This document shows positions 27,401 through 39,074 of a stretch of 64,000 bases of DNA, one piece after another. Location of the stretch: assembly GCA_030141605.1 (NCBI GenBank), contig JAQGDQ010000245.1, positions 124,001-188,000 on the forward strand. The letters are read 5' to 3'. The DNA is from Tubiluchus corallicola. Lineage: Eukaryota > Animalia > Priapulida. A program made the position numbers and the translations under genes. The notes under the pieces are model-generated. The model was given only the letters and a program-made list of their open reading frames with translations. It was not told the DNA's origin and did no database searches. How positions within the stretch are numbered: the first letter of the stretch is position 1; every line of letters starts with the position of its first letter.

Positions 27401-30400
27401 TTTATCTGGGTTTCATTGAACATATCTTACATTTACGCCACTTAATGCATTATGTTATTGTTGTTATGTCCACCATGTTACTATACACAACTATAGCTAA
27501 AAATGCCAGCTAGGCCAATTTTGCATAAAAAGGAAGGATAACAGCAATTTATGTGCAATAATTCTTATACTAACATTCTTTAAACATAGATTTGTTGCAT
27601 TTTACAGTGCATTCACTCAGTGGATTATGAGAATGAACTGGACTTGCTCTATGTCATAGCAGCAACTCCTAGTTCAAATGGTGACAGCAAAGTTGGCCAT
27701 GTTCTACTGTGTCACAACCTAACAGTTGATATTGTGAAAGATGTGGTACTGGATGGCATATGGGATGAGGTGAATTGACGTGTTTATTTCGAGGCTCAAT
27801 CGTTTTTAGCTATTTTTGAGAGTAACGTTGCATTGTGAAATGTTTTTTCTATCAGAGATGATTCGCTTGCTATTAAAGTGGATGAAAGCCTAAGTTCATG
27901 GGGCATTTGAAGGAATTTTAGCAATTGTGAACACAGAACTAGGTAGACAAGTGAGGAATCAGACGAGTAACTACAGAATTGCCTTGCAGCAGAAACATAT
28001 TACCATAACAAAAATAAACTAGAGTTATTAAGATTCTGCTTAGTCTTTATTTATTTATTTCTTTGTACCTTTTTGTTTTTTTAATAACTCCACCTGCACT
28101 TGGCTGGGTTTATAAAAAGTCACAGGGCACACTCCCCAGGTAGGGGGAATTATGTTTTTGTGTAACCTGTTACCCTCAGGTCAAAGGTGACAGCAGGCAA
28201 GGCTTCTTTTTTATCGTTAGGTTGGATATCCTCCTACAGTTTCTGAACTAGGGCCACAATTTTTGGTTATATAGCTAGGTGGGGCTGAGTTGTTATGCAT
28301 GAATATGAGCCATTTGCGTGTGGGAAAATTTTTGGTAGGGGGCAAAAACCGAAATGGAGAGGTCAGAGACAGGAATGCTTCCAGTGTCCAGTAACAGTAG
28401 CATGTAATATATCAAATGAAAGGTCTCAATGAGATGAATCGAATGACATAAGTTTTATCGATTTTGGTGGACTTCAGTATCACAGGTTAAATGCAAGAAG
28501 TCTGTTTTAGATTTGTTAAATTTTACCGAAACATCGAGAAAAAGCACTCGTCGGTCGTGTTATGGAAATGTTTAAGGGAGTTTTATATATCTTTGGAAAC
28601 AGAAAGAGCTGGGCTACAAGATGATATAAGTTTTTTCTGAAAACATCTAAATGAGCGCAAGCATTAATCAATAAATTCTTGGCTAAATAGCAAAAATTTG
28701 ACATCTAAAACTCAGCGTAAGACAGATAACGTCACACTCGAACAGCATGCTACACTATATCTTGCTGTTTAAACCAGCATAACTACGCGGACAACTGGCG
28801 GTCAGTGGCGTTGTGCCATAGGGGCCCGCCCCCCCCCCCCAATTTTTTAGAAAATGTCAAAGAGAGAAACATGAGAACTCGACGGCAAACGGTAAGCAAA
28901 TTTATTTCCGACTTTTTGACACACAATAGCGGGCCAGCACTCCATAAATGCGAACAGTATGAGCGTTTCGGTACAGTAGCCCAATAATATTTTTTATCAT
29001 TAAAGTTTGTCGCCGAGTTAAATTATTCTGACTGTTAATACGTGCCTGACCAGATGTGTTTACCTGAGTCAGGATGACTGAGGATGTAGTTGATTTGTTT
29101 ACATGTAATGTATTCTGGAGGCAGGCAGGAACAGTTAACAAAGCAGCTCGTTGAGTAGCAGTAGCGTCTTTGCACAAAAGACTGTTAGTTAACAAAATGG
29201 CTCAGTTAGCACTCGAGCTTCGTTCAGCAGTGTGTTATAATAGAGAACAAGTGAAATAATAGAGCAAAAACAATGCAAACATTGAAGTCATGTTGAGCTA
29301 GCCTAGTACCAGAGAGTCAGTTTGTCCAGCTAGCCTAGTACCAGAGAGTCGGTTTGGGAGATACAAATTGATGAGCCACGGCTCAGCCACCTCCTGATTG
29401 GACATTACCGACTCTTTGCTACTCCTTAGGGACTCTTTCCCACGAGTTTGCTGCATAAAAGGGCGTGATTTTGAGCACATTTTATCATTTTTCTCCTGCT
29501 AGGATCTGCGTCGATAGTTCTGCGTCGGATTCCTGACAGCTAATAAATACTTAATTAAATTTTAATTTTAATTAAGTTTCCGTTGCTATAGCTTTAAGTT
29601 AAATGCCAGTTGGGAATAAATAAATAGTTTTTCTTGCACGCAAAATACTGTGTTTGAATTCAAAATTATACGTTTTTTAAACAGTTAAGTTCCGCCATTA
29701 TATACAGTCGGGCCCCCCTAATTTTTTTTGGTGCACGACGCCCCTGCTGGCGGTGTGTCTGAAGCATTGCATTTTGCAACTAAAAACTGAGTTCGAATCC
29801 CCGTTAAAGCTTTTCCGTGTTATGTTTTCTTATATTCTTTTCCAATTCACACTGTTTGTGTACATTATGCAAAATACTTATGCAAGGTTTTGCTAGCTTG
29901 TGAAAAATATTAGTTTGCATTTTCCTTGAAATTGATTTGAATGTGCTAATGTTAAAATGCTAGTGAAATTAATTAATTTTTGAAACTTACCGATAACTTT
30001 TGAAGGAAGTGCTTGTGCGGTTATGTTGTGTGCTTGGTTGCTAAGAAAAGCAGCACAGGGCTTAATTAATAATTAGGCTGGTGATTGGTCACTTGTCAAG
30101 AAATTATTGTTTCGAATAATTTCACTAAAACGAAATTGAATTCCTAAGAAAAGGCAAGCATGATGAATTCAATAGACTCACAATTATGCCATTCACAGCC
30201 TTGAGTTATGGACCACTGGTGAAAAAGTGACAAGTTCTGATTTCACTGAAGCTTTTTATGTCAAGCACAAAGGTACTTCTTAGTACATGATGTTACTACA
30301 AAAATTTTTTATTTGAAAAGCTGTCACATAAAGCCACTCCCGTCACAGAAGCAGAATCTTACCAAAGTTTTTGACACAGTCAAGAACGTCCACTAGTTAT

Positions 30401-31064
30401 AATTAACTCGATCAGGACTGCACGCTCAATGCTCATCCTTACCTGATCACCTCTACAGGAACTCCAAAATGCAGCGGGGATATTATGTGGTGTTTATAAC
30501 TATTGGATCTATACAATTTACCATGAACTGCTAGAAAAGGTGATTAAATTGAATAGCTGGGAGCAAAAACCAAAACAGAAACAACCGATCAGATATGAGT
30601 TTAGCAAGAATTGACCAATGAACATCAGGATAGAAGTGATAATAATTCAGTAGGGATTCCAAGGGGCAATTACATTATTCATCAAAAGGGTAATTTTACA
30701 CTAATGTTTTAATGGAAGAATTCTTTTGCTGTATTTTTAGCCTAAAGGTGCTTAATCACACTGCCCACATAGAAATACTAAATGCAGTATACTTTCTTTC
30801 TTTTGTGGAATGCTGTACTTACATTTGCAGGATGATGACCACACTGTCATTGTAGACTTGGATTTGATCATACATATCGTTCAGTCTCCAGGGAGAAAAT
30901 TTCTGTGTTCCATATACAAGCTTGACCGCACTCTCTTGGATGAAGAATCTCCTTTCCACAAGTACAAACCACCACGGTTAAAAATCTGCAGCACATTGCC
31001 AAGAGAGTCTGACAGCATTGCACCACAACGACCACGAAGACTTTGCTCTATGAGAAGACTATGA
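15500..31064 (+). CDS. DCAF17: DDB1- and CUL4-associated factor 17, 14 coding exons, about 550 aa
   Basis: Exons 15500-15613, 16844-16905, 17650-17691, 18351-18447, 19164-19300, 20205-20289, 20725-20814, 20915-21022, 22823-22925, 24289-24425, 24746-24855, 25866-26037, 27608-27769 and 30831-31064 splice in frame (1653 nt). Motifs matching recalled DCAF17 include NLQILRTLI, ANNWLVRY..DTGEVLQQVYL, GGFPWHFITTP, FFHPDESGRIIH, VTSSGRIVK, VDYENELDLL and DLIIHIVQ. Confidence 0.93.
21753..22118 (-). mobile_element. hAT (Charlie-like) MITE, family A, intact copy in a DCAF17 intron
   Basis: TIRs CAGTGGTTCCCAAA ... TTTGGGAACCACTG. Perfect 8-bp TSD TTTTAGAA at 21745-21752 and 22119-22126. Confidence 0.92.
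25184..25762. mobile_element. Tc1/mariner-pogo type MITE
   Basis: TIRs CATTAGGTGCCGCTTAATAGACTC / GAGTCTATTAAGCGGCGCCTACTG flanked by TA. A related right-end fragment lies at 63581-63658. Confidence 0.85.
26097..27265 (+). mobile_element. Tigger/pogo internal-deletion derivative
   Basis: TA|CAGT ... ACTG|TA ends and a 60-bp subterminal tandem repeat (26111-26230). Retains a transposase-like N-terminus MKRAQNAISMEMKEEILCKIKSG (from 26368) and C-terminus KQAKITEFFTK* (about 26579-26614). Confidence 0.7.
28803..29746. mobile_element. hAT non-autonomous element (CAGTGGCG-type TIR)
   Basis: Ends CAGTGGCGTTGTGC / GCACGACGCCCCTG. Perfect 8-bp TSD CTGGCGGT at 28795-28802 and 29747-29754. Internal direct repeat GCTAGCCTAGTACCAGAGAGTC x2 at 29297-29350. 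Confidence 0.88.
29747..29806 (+). mobile_element. tRNA-derived SINE head or tRNA pseudogene, interrupted by the hAT element
   Basis: A-box-like TGGCGGTGTG and perfect B-box GTTCGAATCC (29791-29800) at tRNA-like spacing. The 5' end continues left of 28803. Confidence 0.5.
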
Positions 31065-31623
31065 CACAATTTGATGTGTAATCTAAAATTTGATGGTTGT
31101 ATTTTACCAACGTATAAAGTATTTGTTGTGACTTTGTTGCAATTTTTGTTGTGAATTTTGATACTCATGTATTTGGTGATTATATTTTGCTATTAATTAT
31201 TTTGTCAAAGTCAAGCCATCTAATTCGCTAAAGAAAAACAAGTGTAATTTATTGCATACATTTGAATTTACTAGTAAATGGCTGTAAAATCTATGCAGAC
31301 TAGTCCTCGAGACACTTCTTTTGGCAGAGGGACACAAATTTTTACTTACATTTTTTTCTTGGTATTTAAATAAAAAAAGTTTAGGTGTTTTCCTCTAGAC
31401 ACGGACAGAGAGAGAGAGAGAGTATTTTTGCTAAATTGCCCAAACCCTAAATTATTGTATGGAGCAGCAAATTATTGTATAATTATGAACTTAATTAGTA
31501 ACTGTAACATCAAAAAGTCCGTTCAACAAGTGTAAAATTAAATTTGCGATAACACAGTGAAACTTTGCTAAATTCTGCATTTGCAGAATCAAGCCTTATC
31601 GTCGCCATGGTGAGCATTCTTTT

Positions 31624-32004
31624 TTGCAGAAGCAAGCTTGTAAACTTAAACAAAAATATTACTTCGATAATCATGCTAGTCATAGCCCCTTACCAGAACT
31701 TGTACCTGTTAGGGTACAAACTTCACATCAAAAGGATTGGTCAGAGCAAGGAGAAGTTGCAAAGCAAGTAGCCCCCAGATCTTACTTGGTGAGAACAGAA
31801 AATGGAGCCCTATACAGAAGAAACCGCAAACATCTTCTGAAGATTAAAGGTATGCCACCATCTATCATGACTAATACTCATACACCAACTGTGAAACTAC
31901 AAGTGTCTGCTGGCCAGACTACTGATATTAACCTACCTAGACAACAACTGCCACAAGGTTACATAGCCAGATCGGGACGAATTAGCAAACCACCTACTAG
32001 ATAA
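31624..32004 (+). mobile_element. Gypsy LTR-retrotransposon integrase C-terminal fragment
   Basis: KQKYYFD, PRSYLVRTENGALYRRNRKHL and ARSGRISKPPTR* are typical of Gypsy pol C-termini. A purine tract GAGGGAAGA follows at about 32057. Confidence 0.75.
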
Positions 32005-33807
32005 GGGTGTATCGTTCCTCTGAAGTAGTAACTCATAAAGTTGCTTGTTTTATCCTGAGGGAAGATAAGAGTTTGTTCATTAATCCTAATTTACATAAAT
32101 CACAATAGATGGCACTGCAATGTTATAACTGATTTAGCGCCTGAGTTTGAGCGTACTCTCATTGGTGTTCGTGTTTTGGATAATAATCAGTGGCGACTTT
32201 AACACAGTTATTTGTATCTGATGTTTATTAAACCATCCTGTCATCGCGGAGAGTAAATGAAATCAAAAATTTCAACCGGAAGAAATGCCTACAAACCAGA
32301 AATTGTACTCAGTCACTGCTTTGTTTCATTTGCATTTTTCTCGGGAACCAGTAGTATAGCTAAACAGTAGCAAACTTGTATGACCATGTCGGGTGTTGGA
32401 AGAGATTGGTCATGGGTGTCATAGATTTTTCAGGTAGCGAAATTTCAGTGCAGGTACGCCACTGTGTGGAATCAGGGGTTGCAAGCTAATTTTAATATTT
32501 TATTCGATGCTTATAGATCATAAAAGGTGAACTGCAGTGAATTTTCTCCACTTTATTTTAACAAAAAACGAAAACGTGAATTTAAAGGTGACCAAACAAC
32601 AAATCTTATTTGCAAGGTGAAAACTTGACAACTTCATAATAAATTCAAATCGACAAGTAATTTAGCATAATAATTGATGTGTGATTGAAAAACAATGCAG
32701 GTAAATTCCAAGTTACAGAAGAAAATGAATAATGATCAGTATTTTGGAAAATGGTTTTGATCATTTCCAAAGATAATATTTTTAAACTGAAAAGTGTTTG
32801 TGGTCATACTAACTCCTAAAGTATGTACAAAAAGTACAGTATAGAATATATACTTGCATAATGTGCATGACATGAGTAAAGACTTGGACAACATTTAATT
32901 TAGCATTTTACAACCGTTGAGAAATTGTGACCTTGAAGTGTCCATTATAGTCTTATCGTTTATTTTTTGCCTTAATTACGTCTCAAATGTTGCTTTGGTA
33001 ATGCGATACACTAAAGATAAACGCAGATAAAATGAGAACGTAAAGTCTATAATAATGTTAATTTCTCACTCTAGAAAAATTAATTGCAAAGTAATTTAAG
33101 AATGCAAAACGTGAAAGTGTACGATAAGCAAAATTTTATGAAACTCAGTCAGGCCAGCACTCAGGCAGTACATGTACACCATTCACCTGTAGTGCAATAT
33201 TTAGCTACTAACAAAAATTCACTCATTACCAAGTCGAAAACGCTTAATTTTATTACGATGAATGGTTGATTTTTATTCTTCGAAAATATTTTAACGATTT
33301 AATCGAATGTTTTTAACTTTATGGAGAGCGAAACTTGGGCGACTGAATGTCCTGAATTCAATTACTTTTGCATCTGCAACGCAAACAAATACTGAATTGA
33401 GTTTAATTTGTAACAATTTTCTAAATGTATGTACTTCTACTTTTATATCGAAAACAAGAACTAGTAATTAAAATATGCGTATAATTATTGATGAATATTA
33501 CATTTTTACAATGATCATATTAACAATGACGATGAAACAAGAGTAATTAGGACTTGTTTAGTAATAAAGGTTTACTGGGCTACGTTTTAGTTCTACGGTT
33601 TAGTAAAGAGAAAAGAAATTACAAAATGACTAAATTACGACATGATTACATTAAATGTATACTATAACTCTAATGCAGAAGGACTTTAGACATACCTATT
33701 ATACTGTGCCCATGATCATCCTTCGATAATGAGCAAAGGAGCAACATAGCAATTGTCAGCGCTACGTGACTCCTGGCTAACTAAGCCCTTGGCACAGAAA
33801 AATTACC

Positions 33808-33833
33808 ATATATATATATATATATATATATAT
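33808..33833. repeat. (TA)n microsatellite (others at 47308-47331 and 61681-61707)
   Basis: Directly visible in the sequence. Confidence 0.9.
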
Positions 33834-35639
33834 GAAAGAAACCCAGTTCGGCTAATTACATGGCCAGTTGGGCACGATGCCAGCTATACTATAGACTTGA
33901 AACACAATTACACGGGTACGTTTACATTCCTAAGAGCCAGTTTGCAAGGGCAGATACAAGCAAACAGCGTAAAAAACACTTTAACTGGAGACATGCTATA
34001 CTGGCGTAGTTCTCGACAAGTGCATTAAACATGGGATGTTAATTAGAGAGATTTCATATATCTTTCAAAACCATGTAATGTTCGATGTGTCGTAACATGT
34101 GCCGATATTTTATTCCATAGATTTGGAGCAGTAAATTTAACAAAGTGCTTGGCAACATTGGTCCTACAAAATGGAATGTTATATTCATGTTATTTCGGCT
34201 AACAGTTTCGATTGTTCATGTAGCATCTGACAAATTCTTGGTGTAACTTCTTTTGGTGTCTTATACTATACACTGGCTACCTAGCACTGTACAGCCTACA
34301 GGCAAACATGTTAATTTAAACGAAAACTAAAATTATTCATTTGCCTTCATTACAAGAAGTATTACTTCGGAACCATAATAATGATCAATTTCATAGAACT
34401 TTCAATGTAATCTTAAAAATACGGGCGGTATGCTTTGGTTCGCTGAGAACATTTTATTCGACAGTTTCACCATTACGACACGCGTTTTAAAACATAACTG
34501 CACGGGGAAGGTAGGTCAGCGAAGTTCGGAGGTGCTGAGTATTTTACCGTGAAGATATTGTACTCGCAGCACATGTCTAGTTTTGCTGTGCATTACTCTC
34601 ACCATAGAACGTATCATCTAAAATTATCCGAAATTCTATATACTTACTTTTTCAAATTCAGATATGTAAGCAACAGTTGAAATTTCCTTACGTTTAACAC
34701 TTGTTCAGCTCCCAATTCTTTGTTCCACCTCTCGTTAAAAGCTATAACTCCAGTATTCATTTTGCGGTAGCGGTCATTTCAGTAACTCGATTTTCATGTA
34801 GCAGTTAAAATCGTCAGGGATTTAAATTTGTAAGTGAATACATGAATTAACATGAGCACGAATAAAAACCTACGATCGCACATATCATTGTTGGCTTTTA
34901 TATAATGTTGGTGGTGTATAACTTCATTCTACAAGTAGCGAGTTACATGTATAAGTTCAGCTAGTTGCGTTGGTGTAAAAATGTGGCGTGACATTCATTT
35001 GGTTGAAATTCAAAAAGTTGGGCGTAACTGTGCATTGTGCTTGCGCATAATAAGATGGTCTTTTCCTCCAATAGAACAGTCATTCTCTGCCAGGCCCCAA
35101 ATTAACGGGTCCATTTATTGCGGCTACATCTGTTGGCTGAAAACGATACTAATCTACGATAATCATATTTTAAAGCTTATTTACTTTATCAGAGTGTTCA
35201 GAATGTTTTCAGTGCACAATTTTTTCATACTTTTGTTTCGTATTATTAAATTATCGTATAATTATCAGTTATCGTACAGTTAAATTTTTGTACCGTGTGA
35301 TCAGTTATCGCACAGTCGTCGCTTTTTCGTACCGTATGAAGCCTGAAATTATCGTGTGTTCCGTATATTCCGATAATCGGCACCCTGGTAGACGGTTACT
35401 GGTACTTAGTAGGGACAAATTGCAGTGTATGCAGGCGCGCAGAAAAATGTTACCTCACGTAAAAATTATGTTGTAACTTTAATGCGTATTAGACTGTAGA
35501 ACGGTTTCGTCGTTTTTATTAATAAAGAGAGGAAGACATCTAAACTTTTTCCTATTAAAATTTTGAGAAAAAACCTTAAAGAAAAAATTTGTGCCCAACT
35601 GTAAGAAGGCGTACGTCGTACACCATGAATATTTGTATC

Positions 35640-35880
35640 TGAGGACGTGTCCCGCGAGTTATGTCCGCCAGCCCTGCTAGTCACGTGCATGTGTTAGCTT
35701 AGTAACGGCGTGACGGCGTCCTGTATTTAACAATGACAACAGGTTGCTTCAGAATCATAGTTTTCCTTGCTTACTGTTTTTAGTACTGTACGGATTTGTG
35801 AAGGTTTAAGTAAAAAATAAACAGCAAAGTATCGATTGTGCAACAGCGCGAGCGGCGAATTCATGCAGTAATAAGGTGTA
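35640..35880 (+). promoter_or_regulatory. Candidate ADGB promoter and non-coding first exon with an X-box-like element
   Basis: Local CpG-rich patch containing the imperfect palindrome GTTAGCTTAGTAAC (35693-35706), which resembles an RFX X-box. A possible acceptor TTTACAG lies at 36724, before the ATG exon. Confidence 0.35.
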
Positions 35881-36798
35881 TGTACCGCCCGTAATAACCT
35901 TATAATGTTAGTGTAAATTATTATATGCGTTCAGAAGTGTTTTCAATTTTCTGTGGAGTTTCTAGTAGCCCATTATACTAATACTGCTAAAATTATGTTA
36001 CGGAGTTTATAACTAATTAATCATTGCGTTATATGCAAATGCACATGCGCCTTTGAACTTTCCAGGATTTTCATGACTAAAAATTACTAAATCACTGCCA
36101 TGTAACAAGTGTTAACAAACGTTTTTCTTGCAAATTGTGGCAAAATCATATGAGCGATTTTCAAAAAATTTTAATGTGGCTAATTACACTAGCCTATAGT
36201 GGATATATGGATATTCACTAAGTTTCCCCTGCAATGTTGGCTTTAGGCAACCCACTGCAAATTTAATTGTCACTTGTTAAAAATTATTTTCCATATAGTT
36301 ATGCTACAGTACAGGTGCAGATAAAAGCACTAAATTACTGTGCAGTTTTTATTTCTTATTTTTTATCGATTAACACTTCTTAGTTGCCCTTTCCAAATTT
36401 GGCTTTGTCTCTTTTACCAGTTTTTAAGTTTAGTTTTGGCAATATGAAATTTATGACCTATTCTTGAAAGTTGGTATTTGACACATCATTATGTAGAATT
36501 TCCAGGCCATGCAATGAACAACCTCTCATCATAAATGTGGTTCGCTTAGATTATTTGTTTTTGAAATGCGCTGCAGTTACTTAAAATGTAAAAAGCTAAT
36601 ATCTGCTGCAACGGACTTTGTATAAAATATAAAGTTTGTTGCTGCTTTAAAAATGGCTGCAAAATCTCTGCAACAATTATTATCTACCTTTAAGTCAGTT
36701 TTTTGTATTTTGCTTTATTTACAGAGGCCTGCTATAATCTAGTCAAGGCGAATTTCCAGAAATGAATTTATTGCAATGAGTTAGCTTTTTTGTGAATT

Positions 36799-37626
36799 AT
36801 GGAATTTCAAAGAACAAAACTGAATATATGGCCAGTGTGGACTGAGGCACAATTGAAAGTTGATATTGAAAAGTTCGATTCTGGTGGAAAAGGTGGGGGT
36901 ACTAGGGATAGAGGCAGTCTCAGTAATGCACTTAGTGAAGGCATGTTTGATGATCCAGAAAACTACATTGTGCTGCCAAGAAATCTGAATGCTGAAATCT
37001 GGAAGAGACCAACCGAATTCATTTGCGAAAAGACTCCAGTTGTGGTCGAAACAGACAGAAACGTAGATTTTGCAATTGACCTAGTGACCCGAAATGGACA
37101 TCTCATGTGTAATGACATAATGGCACACATAATAAATGAGATAATGATATTGTGGAAATTCAATCAAGACACTTTTCAGCCTACTACATCATTGAACCAT
37201 TATTTTTGGAAACCATGGGAGCATATTTTTGCCCCTATTAAAGGTTCCAAAGGACTTTCTTCAGCATTTAACCCGGGTGGAAAGTATTTTGTTAGGCTTT
37301 TTTGGATGGGTAATTGGAGAAGGGTAACAGTTGATGATAGGTGCCCTTTTGATGAAGATGAGCAAATGCTTTTACCTGTGTCACACATCAGCTATGAAAT
37401 TTGGTCTATGATCTTGGCAAAAGCAATCTTAAAAGCTCACAATTTATCTGGACATGTGGAGAAAGATGGACAGGTGTTTCCAAGCGTGATGTATTATTTG
37501 ACTGGTTGGCTTCCTGAAATTTGGCCAATAAAGGAACCTTTTATTGACGAGTTATGGGAGCTAATGAAATCATCTATTCTGGAATGGACGCTGCCTTTAG
37601 AAGAACCTGGTCAAGAGGCAGAAAAG
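36799..37626 (+). CDS. ADGB: Androglobin coding exon 1 (calpain-like protease domain, N-terminal part)
   Basis: ORF 36799 contains WKRPTEF, WKPWEHIFA, FNPGGKYFVRLFWMGNWRRVTVDDRCPFD, EIWSMILAKAILK and LTGWLPE, all typical of the androglobin calpain-like domain. Donor AAG|GTGAAT at 37626/37627, phase 0. Confidence 0.92.
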
Positions 37627-39074
37627 GTGAATTTAATGCATTTCTTTGCTTGATAAAACATTCTGCTGTATTTAGTCGTACGTAGTCATGTTTTTTTTAT
37701 TCAAGTTACATTCATTATTTACAAGCACAAAGTGCTGGTAATTGTCAAGTATAATTACATTTTTATGCAACTCTGCAAACTTCATACTGGAACTCATTTC
37801 AATAGTAGTGCCTACTCTACGAGTAAACAGAACGAACACTGACTACAACAGTGATCATCCTGATGAAATTGTATCCTCTTTTGAGACCAGTAGCCTGTAT
37901 TCAGAAAGAAAAAAATTCAACATATATGTAGTGCTGACAAATCATATATACACATTAGATTTCTGGGGCTGTGACTCCAACAGCTTCACTTTTCTAGACA
38001 ACTTTTGCCTCAACCAGAGATTTTGGACTGGTTTTTTTCCTCTTAGTGACCCCCCTTTTACCATTTTTTATGTGAAATGTATACTTCTTAGCTTTAAACG
38101 AACTACAAAGCACAATTTTTTGATGATGAGAGGTTTATGGCTTCCCACGCTTGAATTTTCCAACATCTCCATTCTCCACAGTTTTTTTAAAAATTTCCTT
38201 GAGCACCCTCTTCCATGTACTAAAAACACTACTTGGTTGTGAGGATCTTGGAGGTAGTTCTATAGCTCTTTGGAAAGAAGTAGAACTGTGCTTCAGGAGA
38301 GTGTGCCTTGCCTGTGAAAGCACAGCTGTCTATTGGGGTGAATGCAAATGGTTTAGTTCCAAGTTCCATATTAGGGAATATTTTTAGGAGAACTTTAGGA
38401 CACTTTGCCATTGTTCTTTTTACATTGATTTATGATTGTCATCTCTGCTGCACAGACATTGCTTATTATCTGTTAGCCCTGTATTTTTGTTAAATAGGAA
38501 AAGCAAAGAAAGAAAAGTAAGATACTCTGTAGAGTGTTTTTACATTATTGATAATAAGTTTAATTTGACCCTAGTGTTGTGCAAAATTTTTCTGCTGTCG
38601 TCAAATGTGCGCTAAGTATTAACATTATTTTTGTAGGATTAATGTTTTTATGTGACAGCTTCTGTTGCTGCTGTAGTTATCATTGCTGTTTGTTTAACTG
38701 TTGCTGTTACTTTTATTGTTTTTTCATTGCAGTAATTGATAATAATAAAAATGATTAATATGATGACAGTAGTGATTCAAAGTACTATAAGTCGCGATGC
38801 AGGTGGTGAACCTGATGACGGTAACGATGATTACATAGACAATGATATAACTGATAATGGACTTATTGTTTATAATAAATCCCACTGAAGCATATAAATG
38901 TGAAGGCTGAGCAGGCCTTGCTACTCACAAATATTATTTTTATATTTCAGGTTTTTTTATGTTCCTGTGTTGTTTTAAATTTGATGTCATGTATACTTAA
39001 GTGGAGTGTGTGCTTGATATGAAGTGCACACGTTAATTTAAACTTAAATTTATAAAGATAAATGTTTTTTCTAG

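Noticed and set aside
30160-30240. ATGATGA...CTGA C/D box snoRNA candidate
   Set aside because: No terminal stem and only a mismatched short complement to 18S rRNA. Likely chance.
38498-38516. Possible ADGB micro-exon AG|GAAAAGCAAAGAAAGAAAA|GTAAG
   Set aside because: 19 nt would shift the frame, and the two large exons already join in frame.
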